Shown one piece after another: positions 1-8,526 of a DNA stretch of 53,502 nt (its first letter is position 1; the number at the start of each line of letters is the position of its first letter). The notes under the pieces were generated by a model, which worked only from the letters and a program-made list of their open reading frames with translations, did no database searches and was not told the origin of the DNA. Both the position numbers and the translations under genes were made by a program. This DNA comes from Acidobacteriota bacterium (GTDB lineage Bacteria > Acidobacteriota > Blastocatellia > Chloracidobacteriales > JADJPF01). The DNA lies in the NCBI GenBank assembly GCA_040758525.1, contig JBFLVQ010000001.1, forward strand, positions 1-53,502, read 5' to 3'.

Positions 1-1208
1 CCAGCACGTAAGGCTGCACGTGGTAGATTCACTGAAATAACTTGAAATACCCCTGTGCGCCCACCCCAATTACCACTCTGTGTAGAAGCACTGGGGGCGA
101 TTCCATAGCGTTCAGCAAAGCCGTCATGCTTGCCACGTATATAGCGGACTTCAAATTGGCCACGCTCGCGTGCCAGCCGACCGAGCAATTCAAAACAGGT
201 CTCGGCATCAGCAGGAAATTCCATGTGGGACTGCGCTAGCCGGAAAAAGATCACTGGTCGAGGATTGATCAGTGGCAAGCCTATATGATCACCAGAGAGA
301 TATAGTTCCAACAGCGCAATCAGTAGCAGGCGTGCTGACTCGCTATAACTTTGATAAGAACCAGGTAGTTCACTACCATCAATAGCCAGTGCAGGACGAT
401 CGGCAAGATAGTCTGGCGCCTGCCAATCAAGAAAGAGTAGACACTCACCACCCAACAGGTTGAACTGTTGTAGCAGCGTTTCGGCCAACATATAAATATC
501 GGTCTTGCTCCAATTGGCAATCAGAGGAGCAAAGGTATAATTAAAACTATCCCAACAGAGTGGACCACTTAAGCATTGTTGTAAGGCCATACTGGATTGC
601 ACTAAATAGAAGACGAACTCCTCAGCTTGGCGAGGCGGCCGCATTCCTCCAGGTGGCACTAAGGCGCCTACACGCTTCAAGTAGTCAGGCGAGAGGCAGA
701 GTGAATATAAGCAATCAATCCCCTCGATCTTCTCTATATGGAAATCGCCAGTAAGATGTGCTTGTGCGATCGGTTGAGAGAAGACTGCACGCAAAGCATA
801 TTCGCGCTTTACTGATTCAGCTAGCATTAAACTGGTCTCCCGAGGATTGAGAGCAGCACGTGCATCTTGATGGTCAAGCTGCTGTACTAAACGTTCGACT
901 TCGCCCAGTGGTAGACCTATTTGTGTACGTGCGCGGTACTCTCTTTCCAAACCATATTCAAGCAGCTTTATATCGATTAGGCCTTCAAGAAGGGATGGAC
1001 AGAATCGCCGTAGACCTACTTCAACAACAATTTGGCTAACCTCTAAGCCTATCTTGCCGGCCAGTTCGGCAGGCAAACCCAATTCTCGTACTAGCTTCTC
1101 GACAAACTGATAGGTATCAAACGCCTGTGATTCCTCCGCGGTATCGGTAACCTCATCGGGCGCAAGTAGAGGCTCATCTGTGGATGGTCTATTAGGTTGA
1201 TGTGCCAA
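1..1208 (-). CDS. Class III (anaerobic) ribonucleotide reductase NrdD-like protein, N-terminal ~400 aa; 3' part runs off the left edge
   Basis: Absent from the ORF track because no stop lies in the window. My translation of the minus strand is open from a TTG at 1208-1206 to position 1. GGAGA lies 5 nt upstream of the TTG, and the in-frame upstream stop is TAA at 1250-1248. The product reads ...AQAHLTGDFHIEKIEGIDC...PPRQAEEF...SGPLCWDSFNYTFAPLI...GRTGVFQVISVNLPRAALRA. This is colinear with NrdD blocks (aH..G.IHIHDL; sG.q....fd..laP; vtINLPRIA). Confidence 0.5.
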   Translation of the reverse strand, partial: MAHQPNRPSTDEPLLAPDEVTDTAEESQAFDTYQFVEKLVRELGLPAELAGKIGLEVSQIVVEVGLRRFCPSLLEGLIDIKLLEYGLEREYRARTQIGLPLGEVERLVQQLDHQDARAALNPRETSLMLAESVKREYALRAVFSQPIAQAHLTGDFHIEKIEGIDCLYSLCLSPDYLKRVGALVPPGGMRPPRQAEEFVFYLVQSSMALQQCLSGPLCWDSFNYTFAPLIANWSKTDIYMLAETLLQQFNLLGGECLLFLDWQAPDYLADRPALAIDGSELPGSYQSYSESARLLLIALLELYLSGDHIGLPLINPRPVIFFRLAQSHMEFPADAETCFELLGRLARERGQFEVRYIRGKHDGFAERYGIAPSASTQSGNWGGRTGVFQVISVNLPRAALRA

Positions 1209-1539
1209 GGCTATCTCCGCGGTAATAAGATCCGCTGTCAGCGCAGTTTAAATCAAGCCACAGGTAACTGTAAAGCGTGCCGTTGGCTTGCGCGTTGCCC
1301 CTTTCCTCGCTCTTATGTTAGAATTCGCTTTCGTTTACGGTGCAGCCCAAACAAAATATTGGTAAAGATAGGGTGTTGAGAGTACCATTTCACTTCAATC
1401 CTATCTACTAAAGAAGTCCGTTGTATAATGATGGCTCAATTGTTACAATAGTGCTGAGTTTCTTTCATCTACAGTACCGAAAAACCCTGCATTAAAAACG
1501 TTTATTGCCCATATAAGGTAGTGGCGACGTTGAGGATAG

Positions 1540-2496
1540 ATGGATAAGAAAGACACGAAGGCATTTGGCGACCAGACAATAGAATTTCAAATGTCGGAAT
1601 GGAATAGCTTCGCTGGCATGGATGGATTCTATTTCACTGTCATTGAGGGTGCCGATTTTGGTCGTGTCTTTCTGCTAGAAAAACCAGAGACTGTACTTGG
1701 TCGTAGCGATGAGGCAGATATACAGGTTGATGATGAGAAAGTCTCACGTAAGCATCTTAAGATTGCTCTAACTAAAAATAATAGTCATCAAAAAGGCGAA
1801 CAGATGCGTGCTGTAGTTAGTGACCTCAACAGCAAAAATGGCATCTTCATCAATGGCACACGAACCTATCAACAAGAACTGCGTAATGGCGACAAACTAA
1901 AAGTAGGTGATACAATACTAAAGTTTGAAATCAAAGACCGACTAGATGTCTCTTATCATGACAAACTCTACAAGCAGGCTACTCGTGATCCTCTTACCGG
2001 TCTCTCAAATCGCAACTATTTTCAGAACGAGTTACGTAAGTTTGTTTCGATCGCATCCCGTTATAACCGAGCCTTCTCGGTAATGATGTTAGATATCGAT
2101 TTCTTCAAAAAGATCAATGACACCTATGGTCATGATGTCGGCGATAATGTGCTTAAGACGGTCGCCTCAATTCTTATGAGCCATCTACGTAATCATGATG
2201 TAGCCGCCCGTTTTGGTGGTGAGGAGTTTGTTATCCTACTCCCAGAGACGCCTTTGAGTGGTGCGGTTGCAGTTGCGGAACGAATTAGGACAGCGATCGA
2301 GACCTGTAACTTTGAACCAATGGGTTGTCTACATGGTGTCACCATCAGTATTGGCCTAAGCGAATTCCCACCTGCCAACATTGAACCAGAAGAATTATTA
2401 AAACGCGCCGATGAGGCACTCTACCAAGCCAAAATGACTGGTCGCAATCGTGTCTGTGTAGGTCAAATAGGTCAGAGCGGCCAAACCTCTTCTTAG
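1540..2496 (+). CDS. FHA domain-containing diguanylate cyclase (FHA-GGDEF)
   Basis: FHA signature VLGRSDEADIQVDDEKVSRKHLKI...NSKNGIFINGTR. The GGDEF domain has an intact GGEEF site and an RNHD (RxxD) I-site at the canonical spacing (RNHDVAARFGGEEF). GAGGA lies just upstream of the ATG. Confidence 0.9.
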   Translation: MDKKDTKAFGDQTIEFQMSEWNSFAGMDGFYFTVIEGADFGRVFLLEKPETVLGRSDEADIQVDDEKVSRKHLKIALTKNNSHQKGEQMRAVVSDLNSKNGIFINGTRTYQQELRNGDKLKVGDTILKFEIKDRLDVSYHDKLYKQATRDPLTGLSNRNYFQNELRKFVSIASRYNRAFSVMMLDIDFFKKINDTYGHDVGDNVLKTVASILMSHLRNHDVAARFGGEEFVILLPETPLSGAVAVAERIRTAIETCNFEPMGCLHGVTISIGLSEFPPANIEPEELLKRADEALYQAKMTGRNRVCVGQIGQSGQTSS

Positions 2497-2504
2497 GCTG
2501 CTGG

Positions 2505-2537
2505 CTGCGGTTGGAGTTTATCTAGTACCAACCGCAG
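2505..2537. terminator. Hairpin between convergent genes (10-bp perfect stem, 13-nt loop)
   Basis: ctgcggttgg (2505-2514) pairs with ccaaccgcag (2528-2537). It lies between the stop of 1540..2496 (+) and the stop of 2566..4770 (-). No clear U-tract on either side. Confidence 0.35.
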
Positions 2538-2565
2538 TATCAGCATACAATTACCTTAACAATAT

Positions 2566-4770
2566 CTATTTAGCCGCTGCTGTTGCGCCTTTGCCGTGGA
2601 TCTCCAATTCCTTCAATAGGTGATTGGCAGCAGCCATCTTCTCAGCTAAAAAGAGCACATATCGTATATCAACACCGATCGTACGCGACTGTTCGGAGTT
2701 ATATACATAGTCGCTACCCAATCCCTCATAATTTCCGTCGAAAACAACTCCAATCAATTCACCATTACCATTAAGAATTGGGCTGCCGGAATTACCACCA
2801 GTAATATCATTGGTAGTAAGAAAAGCTACTGGTACATCATTTACTTTAGTATCCACATAGGAGCCAAACTCTCGTCGTGTAGAGAGATCTTTGAGTACGG
2901 TAGGAACATTGAAAGGCTCTTTACCAGTATCCTTCTCAACCACACCTTGTAGGGTCGTGACATAGCTGTAATAGACGCCATCACGTGGTCGGTAACCTCT
3001 TATCTCTCCATAGGTGAAGCGCAATGTGCTATTGGCGTCAGGATAAAAGAGACCTTTCTTAAATCCGGTCATTGCTTCGATATAGAGTGAGCGAAGTCTA
3101 GCGACACTATTATTGAAATTCTGATCACGCTTGCGTATCTGCTCCAGCTCATTATTGACTTCAGTGACAAAATCTATTGTAGGTGAACTGAGAGTACGCA
3201 TTTGTGTTAGTGGCATATCGAAGAGCTTGTTGATCGTCTCCTCATTCTGTAAGCTACTATCTTCCAGAACTCGTCGAGCAAAATCGGCCACTGCGGTAGC
3301 TCTGGCTGCATCATTACGACCACCAAAACGCTGTTCTAAGAAAGCGACTTTCTGCTCATTCGGCAGTGCTAATAGTTTGTTTAGGTAGAGCTCGATCAAC
3401 TTGCGCTCAAGTGCAGGATTGCGTTCCTTAAATTGACCTGCGAAAGCTCGCTTAATACGCTCTACACGTTCTGCAGAATAGATAGGCGAGCGCTCTGCCT
3501 CAGGCTTCTCTTGATCTAATGCTCGTCCTACTGCAAAGGAGACCGCCCGCAAGGTGTCGGAAGTGTTCATCAGTCCCCCTAGCAGGTTGTTGCGCACATA
3601 GAAAGAATTTTGATCGCGATAGACTTCCGCCAGTTTTGGCAATAACTCACCATATTTCTCTTTAAGATCAGGATGTTGCTCAATATAACGTTGGAAAGCA
3701 ATCTCTTCTGCTCGCTTCTGCTCGATCAGATTCGAGCGCTTCAAACCGACCAATGAACCCTGAAAGTTTTTCAGCGCATTGCTAAGACCAAACTTCTGTG
3801 ACGCATAACGCAGTTGCAAGGCAGTATCTTGGCGTCCTGCTTCATCAAGCAGATTGATGCGTGCTTGCAGCAGATCAATAAAGAAAGGAAGAAATATGTT
3901 CTGTTGAAATTCAATTGAATAGGATTCACGCAGTCGGAAGGTACGGCCAGGGAATCCCATAACCATAGTGAAATCCCCTTCTTTGTAACCTTGTAAGGAG
4001 AGGGTTAGATATTTCTTGGGTCGATAGGGGACATTCTTATCCGAATAGGTGGCGACTTTTCCATCCACACCAACATAGGCACGTAGAAAGGTGAAATCGC
4101 CCGTGTGGCGTGGCCAGATGAAATTGTCATCATCACCACCAAAGAAGCCTATAGACTTAGGAGGCGCATAGACCAGCCGTATATCACGTACAGTCTCAAA
4201 GATGTATAGATGGTATTTAAGGCCAGGCAGCATCTCCACAACATTGTAGCCAAGCTCTGGATTCTTCTGATTAGCTGCCTCCGCAACCTCGCGCCGCTTG
4301 GCCTCAATAGCCTTCTGTCGCTCTTCATAGGTCATCTGTGGCTTCACTGCAGCAAGGATCTCCTGAGTAACATCTTTCACCTCACGAGTGATAGAAACAG
4401 TGTAACCCTTCATTGGCAGCTCTTCACTACGAGACTGTGCAACAAAGCCGTTTTCTAGATAGTTGGCTTGGGGTGTGCTCAACCCTGCAATACCATCGAA
4501 AGCGACATGATGATTGGTGATAATCAGACCTTCCGGAGATACAAATGAGCCAGTGCCACCACCTAAACTCACGATCGCGTCTTTAATACTAAGGCCATCA
4601 GTACGATAGATCTCTTCTGGGGCAAGTTTCAGCCCCTTGGCGCGCATACGTGTGATGGGTAGGGATTTAATATCTTCTGGCAACCACATGCCCTCATCAG
4701 CGGATTGTATTACCGGCAATATGAGCAGAGTCACCAATACCAGTGCGAATGAGAGAAGCTTTTTTTTCAT
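2566..4770 (-). CDS. S46-family dipeptidyl-peptidase (DPP7/DPP11-like), secreted
   Basis: Signal peptide MKKKLLSFALVLVTLLILPVIQSA, followed by the family hallmark DEGMW. Catalytic blocks ITNHHV and GGNSGSP are present. GGAGG lies upstream of the ATG. Confidence 0.9.
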   Translation of the reverse strand: MKKKLLSFALVLVTLLILPVIQSADEGMWLPEDIKSLPITRMRAKGLKLAPEEIYRTDGLSIKDAIVSLGGGTGSFVSPEGLIITNHHVAFDGIAGLSTPQANYLENGFVAQSRSEELPMKGYTVSITREVKDVTQEILAAVKPQMTYEERQKAIEAKRREVAEAANQKNPELGYNVVEMLPGLKYHLYIFETVRDIRLVYAPPKSIGFFGGDDDNFIWPRHTGDFTFLRAYVGVDGKVATYSDKNVPYRPKKYLTLSLQGYKEGDFTMVMGFPGRTFRLRESYSIEFQQNIFLPFFIDLLQARINLLDEAGRQDTALQLRYASQKFGLSNALKNFQGSLVGLKRSNLIEQKRAEEIAFQRYIEQHPDLKEKYGELLPKLAEVYRDQNSFYVRNNLLGGLMNTSDTLRAVSFAVGRALDQEKPEAERSPIYSAERVERIKRAFAGQFKERNPALERKLIELYLNKLLALPNEQKVAFLEQRFGGRNDAARATAVADFARRVLEDSSLQNEETINKLFDMPLTQMRTLSSPTIDFVTEVNNELEQIRKRDQNFNNSVARLRSLYIEAMTGFKKGLFYPDANSTLRFTYGEIRGYRPRDGVYYSYVTTLQGVVEKDTGKEPFNVPTVLKDLSTRREFGSYVDTKVNDVPVAFLTTNDITGGNSGSPILNGNGELIGVVFDGNYEGLGSDYVYNSEQSRTIGVDIRYVLFLAEKMAAANHLLKELEIHGKGATAAAK

Positions 4771-4879
4771 TCTTGTGGTATTCCTCCACGGATTTTACGG
4801 CTTCCCAGGACGAGCCGAGTGCAGATAAGCAACTATAACGAAAAGCTCTTCTCTCATCAAACCCTTAAACCGTGTAAAG

Positions 4880-4904
4880 TGATGGGCGAAAAAACCGCCC
4901 ATCA
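4880..4904 (-). terminator. Hairpin just downstream of the activator gene (9-bp stem, 7-nt loop)
   Basis: tgatgggcg (4880-4888) / cgcccatca (4896-4904), 9 nt past the stop of 4913..6277. The A/T run sits in the loop rather than after the stem, so this is a weak intrinsic-terminator call. Confidence 0.35.
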
Positions 4905-4912
4905 TTACCTGC

Positions 4913-6277
4913 TTAAAGATATTCTGTAAGATTGTGTTTCTTGATCTTGGAATAGAGCCGTGGCCGGTAAATACCTAATATTGCTGCAGCAGCCTGTTTA
5001 TTTCCTTTTGTACGTTGTAAGGTCTGCAAGATTGCCAGTCGCTCTATCTCCTCAAGAGTCATATTGGGTGGGACTATCATCTCCTGGTTACGTGAGGTTG
5101 GCTGTAGGTTAGAAAATGGTAGATCTTCAGCCGAGATCTCTTCACGTTTACATAAGAGCACAGCACGCTCAATCGCATGCTCAAGCTCACGTACATTACC
5201 TGGCCAATGATAAGAGAAGATACGCTCATAAGCATTCTGTGAGAAGCCATGAACATTGCGCTTGTATTTTTCCGAATACATATGCAAGAAATGATCGGCA
5301 AGGTATTGTACATCTTCTGCACGCTCCCGCAAAGGTGGTACCTCAATGGTGATCGTGCTGATACGGTAGTATAGATCTTCTCTGAGTAGGCCATCGCGTA
5401 CGGCATCAGTGGGATCACGATTAGTAGTGGAGATGAGACGAAAATCTACCTCAATCGATTTACCCTCCCCTAGTCGTGTATAGACACGCTCCTGTAGCAC
5501 ACGTAGCAGCTTGGGTTGTAGCTCGACAGGCATTTCAGTAATCTCATCGAGCATTAATGAACCAGTATTGGCTTGTCCTACCAGTCCTTCCGAATCTCTC
5601 GTAGCGCCTGTGTAAGCACCTTTAGTATGACCAAATAGTTCTGCTTCGATGAGTTCCTTAGGTAATGCGGAACAGTTAATTTTCACAAAAGGTTTTTTCG
5701 CACGCAAGCTACTATAGTGAACTGCATTAGCAATTAACTCTTTGCCAGTGCCCGATTCACCCATAATAAGAATGTTGGCATCAGACTTCGCGACTGAATC
5801 GATGATCTCATAAATATCCTGCATGGGTTTACTCTTACCAACAATATTATAGTAAGAGTCTCGCCCTTTGAGACGCTGGCGCAGGTTTTCAGATTCAGCA
5901 AGAATACGCCGCCGCTCAAGCGCTTTCTCAACCAGCACCATCAGTCCCTCTGGCTCGAATGGTTTCTCAACAAAATAGAAAGCACCGCTCTTGGTCGCCT
6001 CTACAGCCTTGTCGATCGATCCATAACCAGTAATTATAATCACTTCTGTAGTAGGCGATTGTTGTTTGATCTGGCGTAACACACTCAGCCCTTCTTGGTC
6101 TGGTAACTGCAGATCAACTAACACCAAGGCATAGCTATCCTGCTCGTAGAGCCTAAGACCTTCCTTACCAGTAGCGGCTGTACGTACTATATAACCGCTG
6201 TCGCCCAAAATCAGTTTTAGACCATCAGTAACAGTGGAGTCATCATCAACTACTAGGACTTTTGGTTTCTCTCTCAC
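4913..6277 (-). CDS. Sigma-54-dependent response regulator (NtrC-family enhancer-binding protein)
   Basis: REC domain (KVLVVDDD, LVLVDLQLPD). AAA+ Walker A GESGTGKE, sigma-54 contact loop GAYTGA (GAFTGA variant) and Walker B LMLDEI. C-terminal Fis-type HTH GNKQAAAAILGIYRPRLYSKIKK. Confidence 0.93.
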   Translation of the reverse strand: MREKPKVLVVDDDSTVTDGLKLILGDSGYIVRTAATGKEGLRLYEQDSYALVLVDLQLPDQEGLSVLRQIKQQSPTTEVIIITGYGSIDKAVEATKSGAFYFVEKPFEPEGLMVLVEKALERRRILAESENLRQRLKGRDSYYNIVGKSKPMQDIYEIIDSVAKSDANILIMGESGTGKELIANAVHYSSLRAKKPFVKINCSALPKELIEAELFGHTKGAYTGATRDSEGLVGQANTGSLMLDEITEMPVELQPKLLRVLQERVYTRLGEGKSIEVDFRLISTTNRDPTDAVRDGLLREDLYYRISTITIEVPPLRERAEDVQYLADHFLHMYSEKYKRNVHGFSQNAYERIFSYHWPGNVRELEHAIERAVLLCKREEISAEDLPFSNLQPTSRNQEMIVPPNMTLEEIERLAILQTLQRTKGNKQAAAAILGIYRPRLYSKIKKHNLTEYL

Positions 6278-6765
6278 GAGTTACTACTCCCAAATCGAAT
6301 GTTATTGGCCTCTTTTGTTAATTGGTCAAGGCTGTCTATTATCTTACCTATCACTTCAAGCAGTTCTGGCTGTTCGCCTAGTTTACGCTTGAGAAAGGTA
6401 GCATAAAGCTTCAAACCACCAATACGATTCTTAATATCATGGCGTAGCCGTGCAGCAACATCTTCCCCAGGTAATATTGGTAGTGATGGTTTGTTGAGTA
6501 GCAACAGGAGTTGCGGCATGCCAACTAGCCCATTAAGACTAAGCAGACTGGCAGACAATGTCTCATTATCAACTGGGAACTCTCTTTGTGCTGTTGGTAG
6601 TCCTGCTGCCAAACTCTCTAAAATCCATTTTGCTAATCCCGGTACGCCAGTATCAATCTCTGTCAGACTACTGCCTGGTTGAGGAGCGTCACTATTAATT
6701 TGACTCCATTCTGGACTGATAGCTAATATACGACCAGTGCTGTCAAGTAGAATGGCTGTCAACAA
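6274..6765 (-). CDS. Mini histidine kinase: PAS-like N-terminus plus DHp/HisKA H-box, no ATPase (CA) domain
   Basis: 163 aa with a TTG start at 6765 preceded by GGAGG and a 5-nt spacer. The H-box RLRHDIKNRIGGLKLYATFLKRKL resembles NtrB-type HEIKNPL. The ORF ends about 40 aa later and overlaps the ATG of the activator by 4 nt (6274-6277), so there is no room for N/G1/G2 boxes. Confidence 0.7.
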   Translation of the reverse strand: MLTAILLDSTGRILAISPEWSQINSDAPQPGSSLTEIDTGVPGLAKWILESLAAGLPTAQREFPVDNETLSASLLSLNGLVGMPQLLLLLNKPSLPILPGEDVAARLRHDIKNRIGGLKLYATFLKRKLGEQPELLEVIGKIIDSLDQLTKEANNIRFGSSNS

Positions 6766-6820
6766 GGCAACCTCCTCTTGTTTCGGCAGTCTGTGCTTTA
6801 TTAAACCCTCGATAAAGTTT

Positions 6821-6837
6821 TGGCAACTGTTATGCCA
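6821..6837 (-). promoter_or_regulatory. Sigma-54 (-24/-12) promoter candidate for the mini-kinase/NtrC-like operon
   Basis: The minus strand reads TGGCATAACAGTTGCCA, i.e. GG-N10-GC with a TTGC -12 element (consensus TGGCAC-N5-TTGC). The -12 GC lies 58 nt upstream of the TTG start at 6765. The 15-nt core is identical to the site at 9359-9373. Confidence 0.6.
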
Positions 6838-6961
6838 ATCTCAGCGTTCTCTCTACAACTATTCCTAAAATAATTGAAAAATATATGCTTAACCTTGCCA
6901 GTCAGGCTCCTTAGGAATCCTTATGAGAGGAAGCTTAAGCTAGCTAATGTCATAAAATCAT

Positions 6962-7004
6962 ACAGTGTCATTAAATAATCTAGTTGGGTATTATGACACA
7001 CTGT
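6962..7004. promoter_or_regulatory. Imperfect palindrome, possible activator (UAS) site upstream of the sigma-54 promoter
   Basis: ACAGTGTCAT (6962-6971) N21 ATGACA(CA)CTGT (6993-7004), plus a further TGTCAT at 6948-6953. It lies 125-170 bp upstream (minus-strand sense) of the -24 element. Confidence 0.25.
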
Positions 7005-7139
7005 CTTAATATAATACATATCTTTCTACGAGGCGTTTATTAGTATCGGATTAGCGCTGTAAGCATCTCAAATCTGACATCTTAGGTTTCCATAGCGAGA
7101 TCAATCAGCTAAAATGACAAAGGTGAAACGGAGGGCCGC

Positions 7140-7511
7140 ATGCATAGACATAAAATATTGGTTGTAGAAGACTTTGAAGACAGCCGTTTCTCGTTATGCA
7201 AGCTTTTGGAGTTGGAAGGATTTGAAGTACTAGAAGCAGTGAATGGCCAACAGGCGGTAACGGTTGCACATAATGCGCAACCAGACTGCATCCTAATGGA
7301 CTTATCACTACCAGTAATGAGCGGTATTGAAGCGACACGTGAGATTCGTCTACTACCCAGATTGCACTCGATCCCGATAATTGCAGTTTCCGCTCATGAT
7401 ACCCAGAATTTCCTCCAGGATGCGCTTGCCTCAGGTTGTAATGATTACATTATCAAACCAGTTGATTTCGACAATCTTCTCAATCTGCTGAAAAAATATT
7501 TTTCTCAATAG
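7140..7511 (+). CDS. Single-domain CheY-like response regulator
   Basis: KILVVEDFED, ILMDLSLPVMSG, AVSAHD and IIKPVDF (acidic pocket, phospho-Asp, T/S and K positions). GGAGGG lies 4 nt before the ATG. Confidence 0.9.
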   Translation: MHRHKILVVEDFEDSRFSLCKLLELEGFEVLEAVNGQQAVTVAHNAQPDCILMDLSLPVMSGIEATREIRLLPRLHSIPIIAVSAHDTQNFLQDALASGCNDYIIKPVDFDNLLNLLKKYFSQ

Positions 7512-7514
7512 CAA

Positions 7515-7586
7515 AATCACAAAGAGCAGACTAAGAACATAGAATATATGTTAGGTATCTATGGTTTTAGTCTGCTCTTTGTGATT
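7515..7586. terminator. 20-bp perfect inverted repeat with 32-nt loop between convergent genes; probable bidirectional terminator
   Basis: aatcacaaagagcagactaa (7515-7534) is the exact reverse complement of ttagtctgctctttgtgatt (7567-7586). It starts 4 nt after the stop of 7140..7511 and ends 20 nt before the stop of 7606..7977. A short U-run (UUUGCU) follows it only on the minus-strand transcript. Confidence 0.5.
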
Positions 7587-7605
7587 AGATCCTTTAGCGC
7601 CGATC

Positions 7606-7977
7606 TTAGCGTACGCGATCAACAATTGCACCTACGACCGCAGTAGCAAGATTGGTCCAGAAGGAGGTGCGGCGGCGTGTAGAGGCGCCCACCAGGTAGC
7701 CTATTGCCACTCCTGAGCCAACTGCAATAGCGAGTGCTTTGCCAGGATTATCCTTAGCATATTCAGTAGCATCACTAGCAAAATGAGAGACACTACGACC
7801 GATTGTTGTGACACCTTGGCCGACTTTCTCGGCACTGCGTGTAAAGGTCTGTCTTGCCTGTCCAAAACGGCCAACACTGGCTGTTTTATCGCCGGCAATA
7901 GTGCCAGTATTAGCAGTATCGGGCTTGTCTGTCTTGTTAGTCTCCGGTTGCGTAATAGGATTAGGATTCTTACTCAT
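7606..7977 (-). CDS. DUF883 (ElaB/YqjD-like) C-tail-anchored membrane protein
   Basis: Start moved to the ATG at 7977 (GGAGG with a 5-nt spacer; protein begins MSKNPNP). The N-terminal part is hydrophilic. The C-terminal anchor is NPGKALAIAVGSGVAIGYLVGASTRRR, as in ElaB/YqjD tails. Confidence 0.55.
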   Translation of the reverse strand: MSKNPNPITQPETNKTDKPDTANTGTIAGDKTASVGRFGQARQTFTRSAEKVGQGVTTIGRSVSHFASDATEYAKDNPGKALAIAVGSGVAIGYLVGASTRRRTSFWTNLATAVVGAIVDRVR

Positions 7978-8004
7978 TAGTTCCTCCTGCAATAAATCAA
8001 AGGA

Positions 8005-8526
8005 TCAATCCGCGACGTTCTGTCGCTGTGCCGGCTCACTGCCGGAGTACCCACCATAGTGTTGCTGCAGTTGCTGATACTCTTCCCATTGACGCTGCAA
8101 CTGTTGCTGATGTTGCTGCTCCTCTTGATATTGTTGGAATCTGTCTAAAACATATTTGCCGGAGAGTGTGAGCAGAGTAGTAAAAATGCTCTGTCGCTTC
8201 GGTTGCAGGGCGGCAATGGTAGACCGGATCAGGCTTTGGAGCAGCTCTTCTGTATTGGAGCGTTTGGGAGCCAAAAACTTGCGAGCGAGATAAAATCCTA
8301 ATAGGGATGCCCCTCCGACTGCTATTAAGGGATATTCACTCAGATAAGCACGCCAGTCAAAAGTCTCTTTCAACTTTTCCCCAAGCAGATCGACAGTATC
8401 AGTAATCTCGTTACGTGTCTGTTCTATATCTTGGCGTATCTTCTCTATACTCTGCTCATGTTCTATGCGCGCTGGTGCATTGGCCGTATTTACGATTGCC
8501 TTGCTGACTCCAGTTGTTTGATCCAT
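8005..8526 (-). CDS. DUF3618-like membrane protein with Gln-rich tail
   Basis: SIEKIRQDIEQTRNEITDTVDLLGEKLKE matches the DUF3618 helix (eIe.TR.eL..TvdaL..Kl). It is followed by one TM (YPLIAVGGASLLGFYLA) and a QQ-rich C-terminus. GGAGG lies upstream, and the gene overlaps the 3' end of 8490..8918 by 37 nt. Confidence 0.5.
   Translation of the reverse strand: MDQTTGVSKAIVNTANAPARIEHEQSIEKIRQDIEQTRNEITDTVDLLGEKLKETFDWRAYLSEYPLIAVGGASLLGFYLARKFLAPKRSNTEELLQSLIRSTIAALQPKRQSIFTTLLTLSGKYVLDRFQQYQEEQQHQQQLQRQWEEYQQLQQHYGGYSGSEPAQRQNVAD

Noticed and set aside
1424-1429. Perfect TATAAT about 110 nt upstream of the FHA-GGDEF gene
   Set aside because: There is no acceptable -35 at 16-18 nt and no TGn extension. 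TATAAT-like hexamers are expected by chance in this AT-rich spacer.
6821-6837. Reading the shared GGCAACTGTTATGCC motif as plus-strand sigma-54 promoters for the CheY-like gene (7140) and nuoE (9579)
   Set aside because: The motif is partly palindromic. The plus-strand version has ATGC instead of TTGC at -12 and would lie about 200-300 nt from those start codons. The minus-strand version has a perfect TTGC and a consistent 55-58 nt distance to two start codons.
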